From the human T2T-CHM13v2.0 reference genome, Homo sapiens, in NCBI RefSeq assembly GCF_009914755.1, contig NC_060925.1: a stretch of DNA of 64,000 nt. The stretch is one strand, 5' to 3'. The notes under the pieces were generated by a model. That model saw nothing but the letters and a program-made list of their open reading frames with translations, ran no database searches and had not been told where the DNA came from. Position numbers and translations under genes: made by a program. Shown here piece after piece: positions 30,665 through 48,832 of this stretch. The number at the start of each line of letters is the position of its first letter. Positions within the stretch are counted from its first letter, which is position 1.

Positions 30665-31050
30665 TTTTTTTTTTAGTCAGGTTCATTGAGGTATAATTTA
30701 TACACAGTAAAACTCACCCCTTTTAGATATACCTCTGTCAAAAGTATACAGTCATGTACCCACCACCATATAAAGACATAGAACATTTATGTCATCCTAA
30801 AGTTTCCTCATGCCTCTTTATAATAAATCACTTCCCCCCCAGGCCCACTGCCTATCATTGACTTGTTTTCTGTCCCTATAGTTTTGCCTTTTCCAGAATG
30901 GAATCATGTAATATATACCCTTTTGATCTTTTGATATTGCTTTTGAGATTCATCCATATTGTTACATATATCAGCTGTCCGTTCCTTTTTATTGCTTTAT
31001 ATTTCATTTTATTCCATTGTAATGACTATATTATAAATTTTTTATCCCTT
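30665..31050 (-). mobile_element. Old L1M 3' end
   Basis: Contains ttgaggtataatttatacac...ttttctgtccctatagttttgccttttccagaatg. Confidence 0.7.
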
Positions 31051-31103
31051 TATATCTTTCTGCGCTGAGTTTTCAGGTATTATATCCAGAAATATTGTTA
31101 CTT

Positions 31104-31508
<405 letters not shown>

Positions 31509-31943
31509 CTAAGGTGAATAAGATGCATTTTTGTTTTGTGGAGCAGGTGGAAGAATGGAGAATGAGTTTTTTGTTGTTGTTGTTTGTTTTTACAAAGGCC
31601 CCAGAGAGGGTAAGTTTTGTTGGGTTGTGAAAACTCTTTGAAACATAAGCACATTAATAATTATGGAATCATTTCACACATCTGTTTTTTACTTCTTTTC
31701 ACACTTCATCATGTGTGTTCAACTTTATTGATTATAATATTTAGATATATAATTTCCAAATTAAAATTTTAAGATGGGATAATATAGTAATTAAGAATAT
31801 AAGCTTTAGACCCAGAATAACATTGATTTAATTATTGTGTTCACTTCTTCTTTAGAATTGTAGACAATTGTTTTGTCTTTCCAGAACAGCAATCCCTATT
31901 TTTCAGTGAAATGCTTCTTCAAACTGCGTGATTCTCATGGAAG

Positions 31944-33180
<1,237 letters not shown>

Positions 33181-33923
33181 TAGCTACAGCCACCTGTTAA
33201 GAGATAGAAAATATAAAAATATGTAAATAGAGAATACATAAAGTTAAAATGTAGGGGGCATGGAATTAAATTATTGAGGTTTTGTTTTTCTTTTTTTGTC
33301 TATTAGCATTTTTTGTGACAAGATAAATTATAATCCCTTTAAAATAACTTTCGTTGTATCTATAAGATGTTTTCTTAGAAGACTCATGGTAGCCACGAGA
33401 CAAAAACCTATAATAGATTCATGAGAAATAAAAGGCAACAAATTAAAACACGTTACCAGAGAAAATCATTTACCCACAAAGGAAAACCATAAGAAAGGAA
33501 GAGAGAGTTTACAAAACAAGTAATAAATTGGCAGTAGTAGGTCTTTATCAATATTAACACTGAATGTAAATGGACTCAATTCTCCAATTAAAAGGCACAG
33601 AGTGGCTGAATGGATAAAGAAACAAGCCCCAACTATATTCTGCCTAAAAGAAACACAACTTCACCTATAAAGACAAACATAGACTGAAAGTGAAGAGGTG
33701 GAAAACAGATATTCCATGTAAATGAAAACCAAAAAAGAGCAGGATTAACTACACTTAAAAGATAAAATAGACTACAAATCAAAGACTGTAAAAAGAGACA
33801 AAGAAAGTCACTATATAATGACAAAAGGGTCAATTCAGCAAGAGGATATAACAGTTATAAATATCTATGCACCTACCATTGGAGCTCCCAAGTATATAAA
33901 GCAAACATTAAGAGATCTAAAGG

Positions 33924-34240
<317 letters not shown>

Positions 34241-34505
34241 CTAAAGGGAGAGATAGACTGCAATATGATAATAACAGGGGACTTCAACACCCCATTCTCA
34301 GTAATGGACAGATCATGCAGACAGAAAATCAACAAAGAAACATCAGAGTTAAATTACACACTAGACCAAATAGGCTTAACTAACATTTATAAAACATTTC
34401 ACTCAATTGCTACAGAATACACATTCTTTTCATCAGCACATGGAACATTCTCCAGATTAGAACACAGCCCACAAAACAAGTCTCAACAAATTCAAAGTAG
34501 TATAA

Positions 34506-34833
<328 letters not shown>

Positions 34834-35268
34834 TTCAAGTATTTATTCTGACCACAATGGAATAAAACTAGAAACCAATAACAAGAGGAACCTTGGAAAT
34901 ACACAAACACATGGAAATTAAACAACATATTCCTGAACAAACAATGAGTCAATGAAGAAATTAAGAAAGAAATTTAAAAATTTCTTGAAGCAATGAAAAT
35001 GGAAATTCAACATATTAAAATCTATGGGATACACCAAAAGCAGTACAAAGAGATAAATTTATAGCAACAAACAAATATATGAGAAAAATAGAAAGACTTC
35101 AAATAAACAACCTAACTATGCTCCTCAGAGGACTAGAAAAGCAAGAACAAACCAAGCCCAAAATTAGTAGAAGGAAAGAAATAATAAAGATTGGAGAATA
35201 AATAAATGAAATTAAGACTAAAAAATACAGAAGATCAATGAAATGAAAATTTTTTTTTTTAAAGATAA

Positions 35269-35557
35269 GGCCTGGGGCGGTGGCTCACGCCTGTAATCCC
35301 AGCACTTTGGGAGGCTGAGGCGGGCAGATCACGAAGCCAGGAGTCCAAGACGGTCTGGCCAACATAGTGAAACCCCGTCTCTACTAAAAATACAAAAAAT
35401 TAGCCAGGTGTGGTGGTGTGCACCTGTAATCCCAGCTCCTCAGGAAGCTGAGGCAGGAGAATTGTGTGAACCTGGGAGGCAGAAGTTGCAGTGAGCCTCG
35501 CGCCATTGCACTCCAGCCTGGGCAACAGTGTGAGACTCTGTCTCAAAAAAAAAAAAA
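35269..35557 (+). mobile_element. AluS-like
   Basis: Dimer with A-tail. Confidence 0.88.
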
Positions 35558-35937
35558 GGATAAAATTGACAAACCTTTAGCTAGACTAACAAAAAAAGAG
35601 AAAAGACTCAAATAAATAAATTCACAAATGAAAAAGGAGACATAAGAACTGAGACCACAGAAGTACACTCATTAGAGACTATTATGAACAACTATATGCT
35701 AACAAATTGGAAAATTTAGACAAAATGGGATAAATTCTTGGATACAATCTACCAGGATTGTACCATGAAGAAACAGAAGACTTTAATAGACCAATAACAA
35801 GTAATGAGATTAAAGCAGTAATAAAGTCTCCTAGCGAAGAAAAGCCCAACAGCTGAGGGATTCACTGCTGAATTCCACCAAACAGTTAAACAAATACCAG
35901 TTCTACTCAAAGTATTTTTAAACACTGAGGAAATACT

Positions 35938-36038
35938 TTCTTTTTTTCTTTTCTTTTCTTTTTTTTTTTTTAGATGGAATCTCACTCTGTCACTTAGGCT
36001 GGAGTGCAGTGGCACAATCTCAGCTCACTGCAAGCTCC
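35938..36038 (-). mobile_element. Severely 5'-truncated Alu
   Basis: About 70 nt of right arm plus tail; TSD gaggaaatacttt on both sides. Confidence 0.85.
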
Positions 36039-36334
36039 AAAGAGGAGGAAATACTTTCAAACTCATTCTACAAGACCAGCATTACACTGATACCAAAACT
36101 AGACAAAGACATAACAAAAAAAGGAAACAACAGGCCAATATCCCTGACCAACACAGATGCAAAAGTCCTCAACAAACTATCATAGTATTATAGTAAACTG
36201 AATTCCACAACACATTAAGAAGATAATTCATCATGATCAACTCGTATTTATTCCAGGGATGCAATGATGGTTCAACATATCCAAATCCATAAACGTGATA
36301 AAACACATGAAAAGAACCAAGAACAAAAACCATA

Positions 36335-37030
<696 letters not shown>

Positions 37031-37878
37031 AAAACCTACCTCAAAATAATTAAGGCCATATGTGACAAACCCACAGCTAACACTGTATTGAACAAGCAAA
37101 AATTGAATGCCTTTCCTCTAAGAATTGGAGGAAAAACAAGGATGGCCACTTTTACCATTTTCATTCAGTATCATCCTAGAAGTCCTGGCTAGAGCAATTA
37201 GATAAGAGGAAGAAAGGACATTCAAATTGGAAAAGAAGTCAAATTAGCCTTGTTCATAGATGACATGCTTTTATACTTAGAAAACTCTAAAGAAAGACTT
37301 CACCAAAAAAACTCTTAGAACTGATCAACAAAATCAGTAAAGTAGCAGGATACAAAATCAACATACAAAAATCAGTAGCATTTAAAATATGCCAGGAGCA
37401 AAAAAATCTGAAAAAGAAATCAAGAAAGCAATCCCATTTACAATAGCTACAAAGAACATAAAATACCTAGGAAACAGTTTAACCAAAGAAGGGAAAGATC
37501 AACACAAGGAAAAGTTATAAAACACTGATGAAAGAAATTAAAGAGGACACAAAAAATGGAAAGATATTCCTTGCTCATTGATTGGAAGAGTTAATGTTGT
37601 TAAAATGACAATACTACCCAAAGCAATGTACAGATTCAATGTAATCTCTACCAAAATATCATTAACATTCTTCACAGAAATAGAAAAAAAAATCCTAAAA
37701 TTCATATGGAACCACAAAAGAGCCTGAATAGCCAAAGCAATCCTGAGCAAAAAGAACAAAACTGGAGGCATCACACTACCTGACTACAAAATATGCTACA
37801 AAGTTATAGTGACCAAAACAGCATAGTACTAACATAAAAACAGACACATAGACCAATGGAACAGAATAGAGAGCCAAG

Positions 37879-38286
<408 letters not shown>

Positions 38287-38849
38287 CTAATAAATGGTGC
38301 TGGGAAAACTTGATAACCATATGCAGAAGAATGAAACTAGACCCCTATCTCTTACCATATACAAAAATAAAATCAAAATGGATTAAATACTTAAATGTAA
38401 AACCTGAAACTGTGAAACTACGAAAATAAAACATTGAGGAAATGCTCCAAGATATTGGTCTGGGAAGATTTTTGTGGCCTCAAAAGCATAGGGAACCAAA
38501 GCAAAGTTGTCAACTGAGATTACATCAAGCTAAAAAGCTTCTGCACAGCAAAGGAGACAAATAATAATGTGAAGTGATCGCCCACGGAATGGGAAAAAAG
38601 ATTTGCAAACTACCCATAATAAATAATTGTTAATTCTTTATTAATTTATTTAACCCTAACTGATTTTCCTGGCTATTAGGAAACTCAGAGCTTAATTTGT
38701 GGTTCATCTTTAAAAACTGAGCATGCTTTTGTGGTTGTGCTTATTATATATATTAACCTTATACATCTCTACTCCCAACAAAGCCAGCTTTATCTTATTT
38801 TATTCTGGTATTTTCTCTGCTAACCCATTAAATTATGGCCCCTTAGTGA

Positions 38850-39200
38850 ACCACATCTCACAGTGTTCCCACATTTGTATGGTGCTTTTCCTTAAATATG
38901 GGCTAGGCCTGTGACTTGCTTCAACAAGTGGCACGTAGCAAAAGTGACACAGTGCCAATTCCAGGCCTCAACTTTAAGGAAGCCTGGCAGCTTCCGTTTT
39001 TGTGCTATTTGAAGCTCCGAGCCACATGTAGGAAGTTTGGCTACTCTGCTGCAGAGACCACATGGAAAGTGCTACATATGGAGGTCATGTAAAGAGGAAG
39101 AAGCCCTGAAACTACATGGAGAAAGAGAGAAACTCAGTTCAGCCTCCCAGTGTTCCAGCTGAGCCCAGCCTAGATTGTGGAATCATGAGCAAACTAATGA
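38850..39200 (+). mobile_element. MLT1-like MaLR LTR relic
   Basis: Contains gcctgtgacttgctt...aagtgacac...ggcagcttcc...ccagctgagcccagcc. Confidence 0.55.
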
Positions 39201-39282
39201 GTTAACCAATTAGGTAAAGAAGAAATAACCAAATGGTCCCATTCCAGAATGCCCACCCAAGCCCTTCCTCTTTCTTTAGGAT

Positions 39283-39457
39283 GCTGTTTCTGAAAGTCTG
39301 GCCTGAAGACCACCTGTATCAGAATGACCTGGGGTGTTTATTTGAAAGAAAAATTGTCAATCCAACCCCAGAATTTCTTGGGCAAGGCAGGATAATCAGT
39401 ATCTTTAACAAAACTTTTCCAATTGATTCATAAGGAAAATAAAGTTTAAGAACCTGG
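39283..39457. mobile_element. MER5-like hAT MITE
   Basis: Contains accacctgtatcagaatgacctgggg...taaagtttaagaacc. Confidence 0.6.
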
Positions 39458-40121
39458 TTAAGGGCTTTCTCCTGACTGTTCTCCACACTAATCTAAGCCT
39501 ACCCTTCTTTTTGACAGTCTATTACTCTATTTTCAGAAGTTTGATCCTGCTGTTCCTCAAATGCTGGACCAAAATTCTAGATCAAGGAATTTCTCATGCT
39601 ATTTTCCTCTCACCTATCCAGCTCTGTTCTACTTGGTTCATTCACTCTGTATCCACCTTGTCTTCAGGAGCTCTGATTTTGAGGTGCTTCTCATGTCTCA
39701 GCTAAAGAAACTCAGGCCTAAAAAAACTGAAATCCCTGACTGTGCAGATTAGTTCTGGTTCTTACCTTATTTTTCAGGCCAGCCACATCAGCTGTCCTCA
39801 TCCTTAAAGTATCATGATGAGAACTTCTGAAACCGGATACAGTTAAATATAAGGACAGAAAAATATCTGATGGTTTTGTCAATTAGATATTGGTAAACTC
39901 AGTGAGATCAATTTAGGGGTGCGTTAAAGGAAAAAGATTTTGCAGTAGGTTTAAGAAAGTTTTTAACAAGGTAGAAAAGACTGAGCATGCTTGCAGGTGG
40001 AGGAAAAAGAACCAGGAAGGAAGGAAAAGTTGGTAATAAAATAATGTGTGGTTGAGAAGGTAGCATGAACCAGAAGGGATGAGAATTGATTATAAAATAA
40101 GGTCCCAGACAAAGAGGGAAG

Positions 40122-40664
40122 GTGTTTTCAGTTTTCTATTGCTATATAATAAATTATCCCAAATTTACCCATTTTATTATATATCATGATTTGAGGGGCC
40201 AGAGATTTCGGCAGGGCTCAGCTGGGCAATTTCTCTGCCCCACGATATCCTATGTGGTTACTTGCCAGGTTTGCTGGTAGATGGGTTAGTCTCAAAATTC
40301 CAAGATTGCTTCATTCACATGTCTGATATCTTGGCAGGAGTGACTGGAAGGTTGGGCTCAGCTAAGAATGTCAATAAGAGCACCTACAGATGGTCTTTCC
40401 AGGGTACTCTTAGGGTGACTGGCCTTCTTACATGATGGTTCAAGCTTTCAGAGAGGATATTCCAAATATCCTGGGCAGAAACTATTGGTATAAGTCTTCT
40501 TATTACCTCATCTCTCGGATCCCAGAATGTCACTTCTGATTAATTCCGTTGGTCAAGTCACTGACTGGCCTTACTGACTCAGCCCAGATTCAAGGGAAAG
40601 GGAATTACACCCCACCTCTTGGTAGAAGTGTCAAAGAATTTACAGTCATTTTTAATCTGCTATA
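40122..40664 (-). mobile_element. MLT1-like MaLR LTR
   Basis: Contains ttttctattgctatataataaatta...cagggctcagctgggcaatt...agcccagattcaagggaa. Confidence 0.6.
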
Positions 40665-40778
40665 GAAGAGGTGAATTGGATAAGATCAGAGAATATAATA
40701 AAAGATTTGCCTTGGACATGAAGACAGAATACTGCTAAATGTTGGAGTATGCAGAACTCTGGTCCTCGGCTCCTCTCT

Positions 40779-40845
40779 TTCTATCCAAGTGTAGGGAATG
40801 CTATGCATTTACAAATTCGTAAACTTTCTTAAAACATTATGAGAT

Positions 40846-40905
<60 letters not shown>

Positions 40906-40970
40906 CTATCCCAGAGTAGGGAATGCTATACATTTATAAATTCATAAACGTTCTTAAAACATTATGAGAT

Positions 40971-41013
<43 letters not shown>

Positions 41014-41110
41014 CTCATCAGCTATTGTTAGTGTTAGTGTATTTTACGTGTGGCCCAAGACAATTCTTCTTCCAACATGGCCCAGGGAAGCCAAAAGATT
41101 GGATACCCCT
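40779..41110 (-). mobile_element. MER30 fragment with a duplicated (GT)n-containing unit
   Basis: tagctcatcagctattgttagtgttagtg...gggaagccaaaagattggatacccct; (GT)28 at 40849-40904 and (GT)18 at 40976-41011. Confidence 0.82.
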
Positions 41111-42760
41111 TCTATATTGTCTCCCTAGGTGATCTCGTCTAGACTCATTGCTTCAAAGAACTTTATATACTGATACCTTTCAAGTGTATATCTCTAGACC
41201 CAAGCTCCTTGCCTGAGCTCCAGAACTTGTATATCCAACTATCTACTCAGCATATAACTTGGATGTCTAATAAGCATCTCAAATTTAACATGGCCAAAAC
41301 CAAGCTATCGGATTTCTATCACACCCCAAGTCTGCTTCCCCTGAGCCTTTCCGGTCCTAGTAAATTACACAATTATACACTCAGTTGCTCAGGACAAATA
41401 CCTAGGAGCCCTATTTGTCTCTTCTCTTTTCCTCACACAGCACATTCAATCCATCAGTATCTACTTCCAATTCATCAATAGGTTCCATTAGCTCCAACTT
41501 CCAAAATATATTCTGAACCTAACCACTTCTTTCCATCTCTACTCTTCCAATCTAGGTCAATGCCATCATCACTTCTCACTGGTCTCTGTGGCTGCACTCT
41601 TGATTCCTCATTGTCCTTCCTCTATCCACATAGCAGCCAGAGTCATATTTCTAAAGCGTAAACCAGAGAATATAATTTCCTTGCTTAAAATTATCTAAAG
41701 ACTTCCCATTGCATCAGAATAATCAACAAACTTCTCATCAGAGTCTATGAGGCTCTCCAAATCTTGCCCCATCTGTGTCTCTGACCTCATCTCTCTCCAC
41801 TCTTCTCCTTGTTCATTGAGCTCTAACCACTCTGATACTCTGTCCCATGAACACACCAAGTTTGTTCATGCTTCAGGCCATCCCACCTCTTGCTCATTCT
41901 GCTTGGAGAGCCCCCCGGATCTCTTTTTATCACTTGGGTAATAAAAAGATTCCTTGTTTTTATCACTTGGGTCAGTGGTCCCCAACCTTTTTGGCATGAG
42001 GGAACAGCTTCATGGAAGACAATTTTTTCCATGGACTAGGGTTATGGGGGATGGTTTTGGGATGATTCAAACACATTACATTTATTGTGCACTTTATGTA
42101 TATTATTATTGCATTGTAATATATAATGAAATAATTATACAACCCACCATAATGTAGAATCAGTGGAAACCCTGAACCTGTTGCAACTAGAAAGTCCCAT
42201 CTGGGAGTGATGGTAGACAGTGACAGATCATCAGGCATTAGATTCTCGTAAGGATCATGCAACCTAGATCCCTTAAATGCACATTTCACAACAGGGTTTG
42301 CCCTCCTATGAGAATCTAACGCCTCTGCTGATCTGATAGGATGCAGAGCTCAGGCAGTAATGCGAGTAATGCGAGTGGTGGGGAATGGCTATAAATACAG
42401 ATAAAACTTCGCATTCACATGCTGCTCACCTCCTGCTGTGCAGGCCGGTTGCTAACAGGCCACAGACTTGTATGGGTCTGTGGCCTGGGGGTTGAGGACC
42501 CCTGATTTAGGTGATACAAAGTGACTCAGATGTCACTTTCTCAGCCCTTTCCTGACTATCACAGCTAATGTAGTATCCCATCTCCCTGAGTCACTTTTCT
42601 CACAATACCCTATTATAGCTTCATAATGTTGATCAGCACCTGAAGTTCTAATTCATTTTTTTCTGTATGTTTATTGGCTGTCATCCCTCATTAGAACGTC
42701 AACTCCTGGGGGGCACAATTGCTGTCTGTCTTATTTACAGCTCATTCTCCAGTACCTTAA
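41111..42760 (+). mobile_element. L2 relic interrupted by MER1A
   Basis: Contains acttggatgtctaataagcatctcaaatttaacatggccaaaac. Confidence 0.75.
41973..42504 (-). mobile_element. MER1A-like hAT-Charlie element
   Basis: TIRs cagtggtccccaacc / ggttgaggacccctg; about 530 bp; 8-bp TSD acttgggt/atttaggt. Confidence 0.85.
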
Positions 42761-42851
42761 ACATCACAGACAACAAAATCAACACACAATAGATGTTTAT
42801 TTAAATTGTCTATTTCTTTCTTCTGGAAGGAGGTTAAAGGAAGGTGGGAAA

Positions 42852-43246
<395 letters not shown>

Positions 43247-44028
43247 TTATTCTTGACTCTTCCTTCAAAAGTTGTATTTGTAAAAAACCAGTAGTTGAGA
43301 GTTTTGTTGTTTCAATTCTAATTATCATTTCTTAAAAAGTAATTTTATGGAAGAAACAATTTGAATTTTTACCCCTTTAGGTAGCATTGGCTTTCAAAAA
43401 CACCAATCTCATGTCTTTTACATTCTTGGCCTGGAATTGAATTATGTGAATCTACTGGTTTTGTTTTCCACCCTCTTTATAAGATCTGCTATATCTGGTC
43501 CTGATAACACAAGGTCAAGGTCCAGGAAAGAACAAATGTCAATGCTTTCTTTCCTCATGGCCCTTCATTATAGCCTTAGTGAGTCCTTTCACGCATCCAT
43601 GTCCACACATCTCTGTTTCTCATCAATACAGCCTGTGTGTTTTGAAAGCATGCAATTTATGCCTTTATATCCCTGCTTCTCTTTTTCCTATCAGCAAAAT
43701 CTATGTGTTTTTTAGGAATTAAATAAGTATATTTTTCTTATATGTATTGGTCATTTTCTATATTTGAACAGTAAGTTCTACTCAAGGTATATCTGTGCTG
43801 CAAAATTAATTTTCATACTCAAATTTTGAATGGTGTTTCTTAAAATGACTTTTTTAACACTTTCTAATGAGGTGGTTTTTATTGGCTGACATATACCATT
43901 CCTCTAGAATGTTGCTGTGAACTAGATGTGAATTTATGAAGGTGATGAAAATAGCAATTAAGCTAAGAACTACTTCTGGCAGGTAAGAGCATGGTTAATT
44001 ATTTTCCTTAAAGAAATGCACAAATATA

Positions 44029-44098
44029 TTAGGTTGGTGCAAAAGTAATGGCATTGAAAGCAATGGCAAAAACCGCAATTACTTTCGCATTAGCCAAA
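44029..44098. mobile_element. MADE1 (Hsmar1 MITE)
   Basis: TA|ttaggttggtgcaaaagtaat...aaaaccgcaattactttcgca|TA with inverted ends. Confidence 0.88.
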
Positions 44099-47044
44099 TA
44101 CATAGCCAAACAACTTTTGGAAGCCAGACTAACCTGCTGGACATGCTGAACCAGTTTTAGTCTATTCCAAAAGTGGAAAGCGACATGTATGATTCATTCC
44201 TGAGACATTTCAAAGAGCCAAATATGTTTATACATGATATAGCATGTCAATATCTTCATGAAAGCTTTTGACTTGCCTTTTTACAAAAGTCTATATGCTG
44301 TTTACAAGTGTGGCTTAAGAACCAGAATGGACATGGACATGCATTGGTAACTGGTCAGCAACCAGGTAAATTCCTGTAGCGTCTTTGCTCCTAGCCTACA
44401 AATGGGCTTTTTAAGAATAAGCCTCTCACCAAGAACCCACCAAGAGCATTAAGAAATGAAAACATTGCTCAGACCTCTTTTAGCCTGCTCCCGATCTGGA
44501 ATCTTGATTAGAGAACTTATTTTTAGAGTTTTCCGCATTTGTTCAACTACATGTGTAGGAGGAAAGAACACAGTATCAGTCCGAATGTGTGTCTGTGACT
44601 GTTCTCTCGCAAACTGGGGGCTGGAAGTTTAGGGAAACTGTTTTCTCGGATCCAAGCAGAATCTGGATGTAAACCATTTCTAGACTAATATCGGTTTAAT
44701 TAATTCTTGTGAATCTCCAAAGATTCTACAGCTTGTTTTGGGATACAGCAATTGTTACACCAACCCACCCAATGTAACCTTTATGTTCTGAGGCCACACT
44801 TGGGGATTTTGGGTACATGGATAACAAGTTCCCACCCTGTCCTTTCTTTATAAGGACAACCAACGTGTGAGGTTTCTCCCATTTTCATGGGTCCCGAGTG
44901 GCCTCCCAGCCCTGGGAGCTTTCTCACCCTTCTGCCAAGGCTCCAGCCAGGACTCTGCACTAGTTCTCCCCCTGCTCCTGCTGGGGCTCTACTCAAAGTT
45001 GATAGGGGTGGGGTAGGGAGAGGGATTCCTACCTCCTTCCTTCTGGTGCTTGTAACAGCTCTCTGAGCTGAAAGCTGGCCCTTAGGCTAACTCAATTTAA
45101 TCCTCCAAGAGGCAGTCTTTTTCTTTAAGCTTTTCTTCAGTTCTTTATTAAAGACTTAAGTTTTCTCAGAGACTAGGCCAGAGAAACGTTGATCTGTATC
45201 ATAACAAATAATTCATCACATGCAGACAGCTGCTGTCCTAACACTAGCCACAAATCTTAGTTTTCTGCTACCTTAGATGAATTTCCTGCCCTCCCAGGCA
45301 GCCCCATTCACTTTCCCTCAAAATGGCTGGAAAAAGTCTCTTCTTATTTGGTTTAGGAAATATAATCATGGTATTCTAGGGTAATAATCATCACTCCAAA
45401 TTCTTGTATCATTTCTTCCAAGAAGCTTTGAGACCCTCATGCAAATAATACTCTCTTATTCTGATATCTCTGCCTTTCCAAAGTGAACTTGTAGATTATA
45501 TATCTTTCTTTTCCCCTATTTGACTAAGGTGGGCCTTGTCCATACAGAATCTTCAACACTGTCCCAAGCTTCATAGAATTCCCAAGGAACTATAGTATGC
45601 ACCTATGCCCTGTTCTGCACAGCAACTTGGCACCAGCTTCTTCTTTCCACTAGTCTCAACTTATTACAGTCCTTCCACCCCAACCAACTCCTACACTCAA
45701 GATCTTGACTACAGAGCTCTGGAATATTAAAAGCAACCACCACTAGCATACTGTGTGCAGAAAAAAAAAAAGTTTGGAACCCTTGGATTTAAATGATTTA
45801 GCAAAGACAGAAAAAAAAAATGTATGCTTTGGAGGCAAAATAAGTAAGATTTTCAAATCAGTATTCAAAAATACTTTTTCATTGTCTATTAATTGCAAAC
45901 AAAACAGGATTTTAGTTTGTCACCACCATAATCCAAGCCCCTATCATGTCTTGCCTAGACTCCTAAAATAATTTTCCTACTTGTATTCTTTCCACCTCCC
46001 AACACATTCTCCACACAATATAGTGCTCTTTTAAAACTAAGTCATGTCACTTCCTTGTTTAAATCCTTTTGATGGCTGCCCATTTGACACAGCATAGAGT
46101 CAAACTCCTACCATAATAGTAATGGTAGTAATTAATAATAATAATAGATAAGAATAGTAGTAGGTTACCCCTATTATTCCCTATCATTGGACTTTGTTAC
46201 TTCCTTCACAACATTAATTTCATTGTATTTACTTACTTGTATGTTGTTTGTCTCCCCAGCTTGAATATGAGCTTTCCAAAAGCATCAGCACTGTTTGTCT
46301 TATGTTGGATCCTTATCTCCCAGCATGGTGCCTGGTACGTATTAAGCAATCAGTAAATGTTTATTAAGAGAATAAAGTTTTAGGATTTAAAAGTAACTTA
46401 GAAACCATCGAATCCATCTAGTCCCTTTCCCCAATTCAGGGCTTAATTTTCAGCCCTCTGTAATGCAGAGGCTACTTGGATAGCAGTGTTTATGCTGGTG
46501 GAGAACAAAAAAGAACAATAGGGAGGAGCTGTTCCCTTTCCCTAATTGATTTTACCTTACTTGTTCCTACATCAGCTTTGCTTTTTACCACTTAGACAAA
46601 CAGTCATATGAGTCATTTATTCATAGCCAAGCAGCTTAATCATGCATGTGGGCACTCCTTTTTGTGTGTATGTGGAGGGTGGAGAGTTATAGTTGAGTAG
46701 TTTCCAAACTAATGTTCATCTAGCTATTTGTGGAATCGTAAAGATTTTGTCTATTAGAGGCATGAGCCACCGCGCCCAGCCTATGCTCCCTCTAACAATT
46801 CTTTAATGTAGTATTTTCTAAATTATAAGCTTTGACTCATCATTGCGTATCATAAAGATAACTATGGTCTCATGAACTTTCGTTTCAGTCATAAATGTGA
46901 CTGTATGTGTTTGAACTGTCTTGCTATAGATGTAAAATATATTTCTTACTGTGGGAAATAAACAACAAAAGTCTGAAAGCCACTGCCTAAATGAGCATTA
47001 ATATAATATCTTATCTTAGAAAGGAGACTATTTGGTAGTCCTAG

Positions 47045-47421
<377 letters not shown>

Positions 47422-47643
47422 TTTTCTAAGTGAAAGCACTATTTTATGGCTTGCAAACACTGTTAGAAAAATCTTCTGGAACCACGGTATCAGTTATCTG
47501 AAATACATTACAAATACAACAAACACATTATTATTTTCATTAGTTCTCCATTACTTTTTTCCTTTGGCCCAACAGATTAGTACCAAAATGGCCTGGGGTC
47601 TAGTAAAAGTTGGGGAACAGGGGAAATGGGTGAAGAGAATTAG

Positions 47644-48009
<366 letters not shown>

Positions 48010-48349
48010 CATGGCTTCTCCTTTTACAGTGAAATAGGAAACAAGATCATCTGCTGAGAATGAGGATGAGGGAGGAGGTATTGAAGGCTTGAGAAAAGAA
48101 AAGGCAAGAGGTAGTGGAAGAGTGAATGGACTAAGGAAACATAGTCTGGCTATGGGCAGCATTAAGGGATATGTATTTAAAGCAGGTCCAGTGAACATGT
48201 TTACCTGTTCAGCTGTGAGATGCAGTAGTTAGAGAGCTGACTTTTACCAGAGATGAAAGGAAATTCTATTTAGGGAAAGAGAAGAGCATAAACAAAGTTT
48301 GAGTACTTGAAATTACATGATGTATAAATATATTTTTAAAAATCTTACA

Positions 48350-48645
<296 letters not shown>

Positions 48646-48724
48646 TTACACAGCTTACTCTCTTAAATAAGCAATCACAATAAAATTTGGTAGGTTCTTA
48701 AAAAAGAAAAGATGAAATATAGAT

Positions 48725-48832
48725 AGGATTGTTAGATAAAATATAGGATGCTCAGTTAAGTTTGAATTTCAGATAAATAATGTATAATCTATTAATTACT
48801 ATAAATATGTCCCATACAATCTGGAAACTCTA
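48725..48832. mobile_element. MER53-like palindromic MITE, partly deleted
   Basis: Contains agataaaatataggatgctcagttaagtttgaatttcagataaa...atgtcccat. Confidence 0.7.

Noticed and set aside
44751-45530. Possible old LTR or promoter-like GC-richer patch
   Set aside because: I could not assign a family or termini, and CpG density is far below island level.
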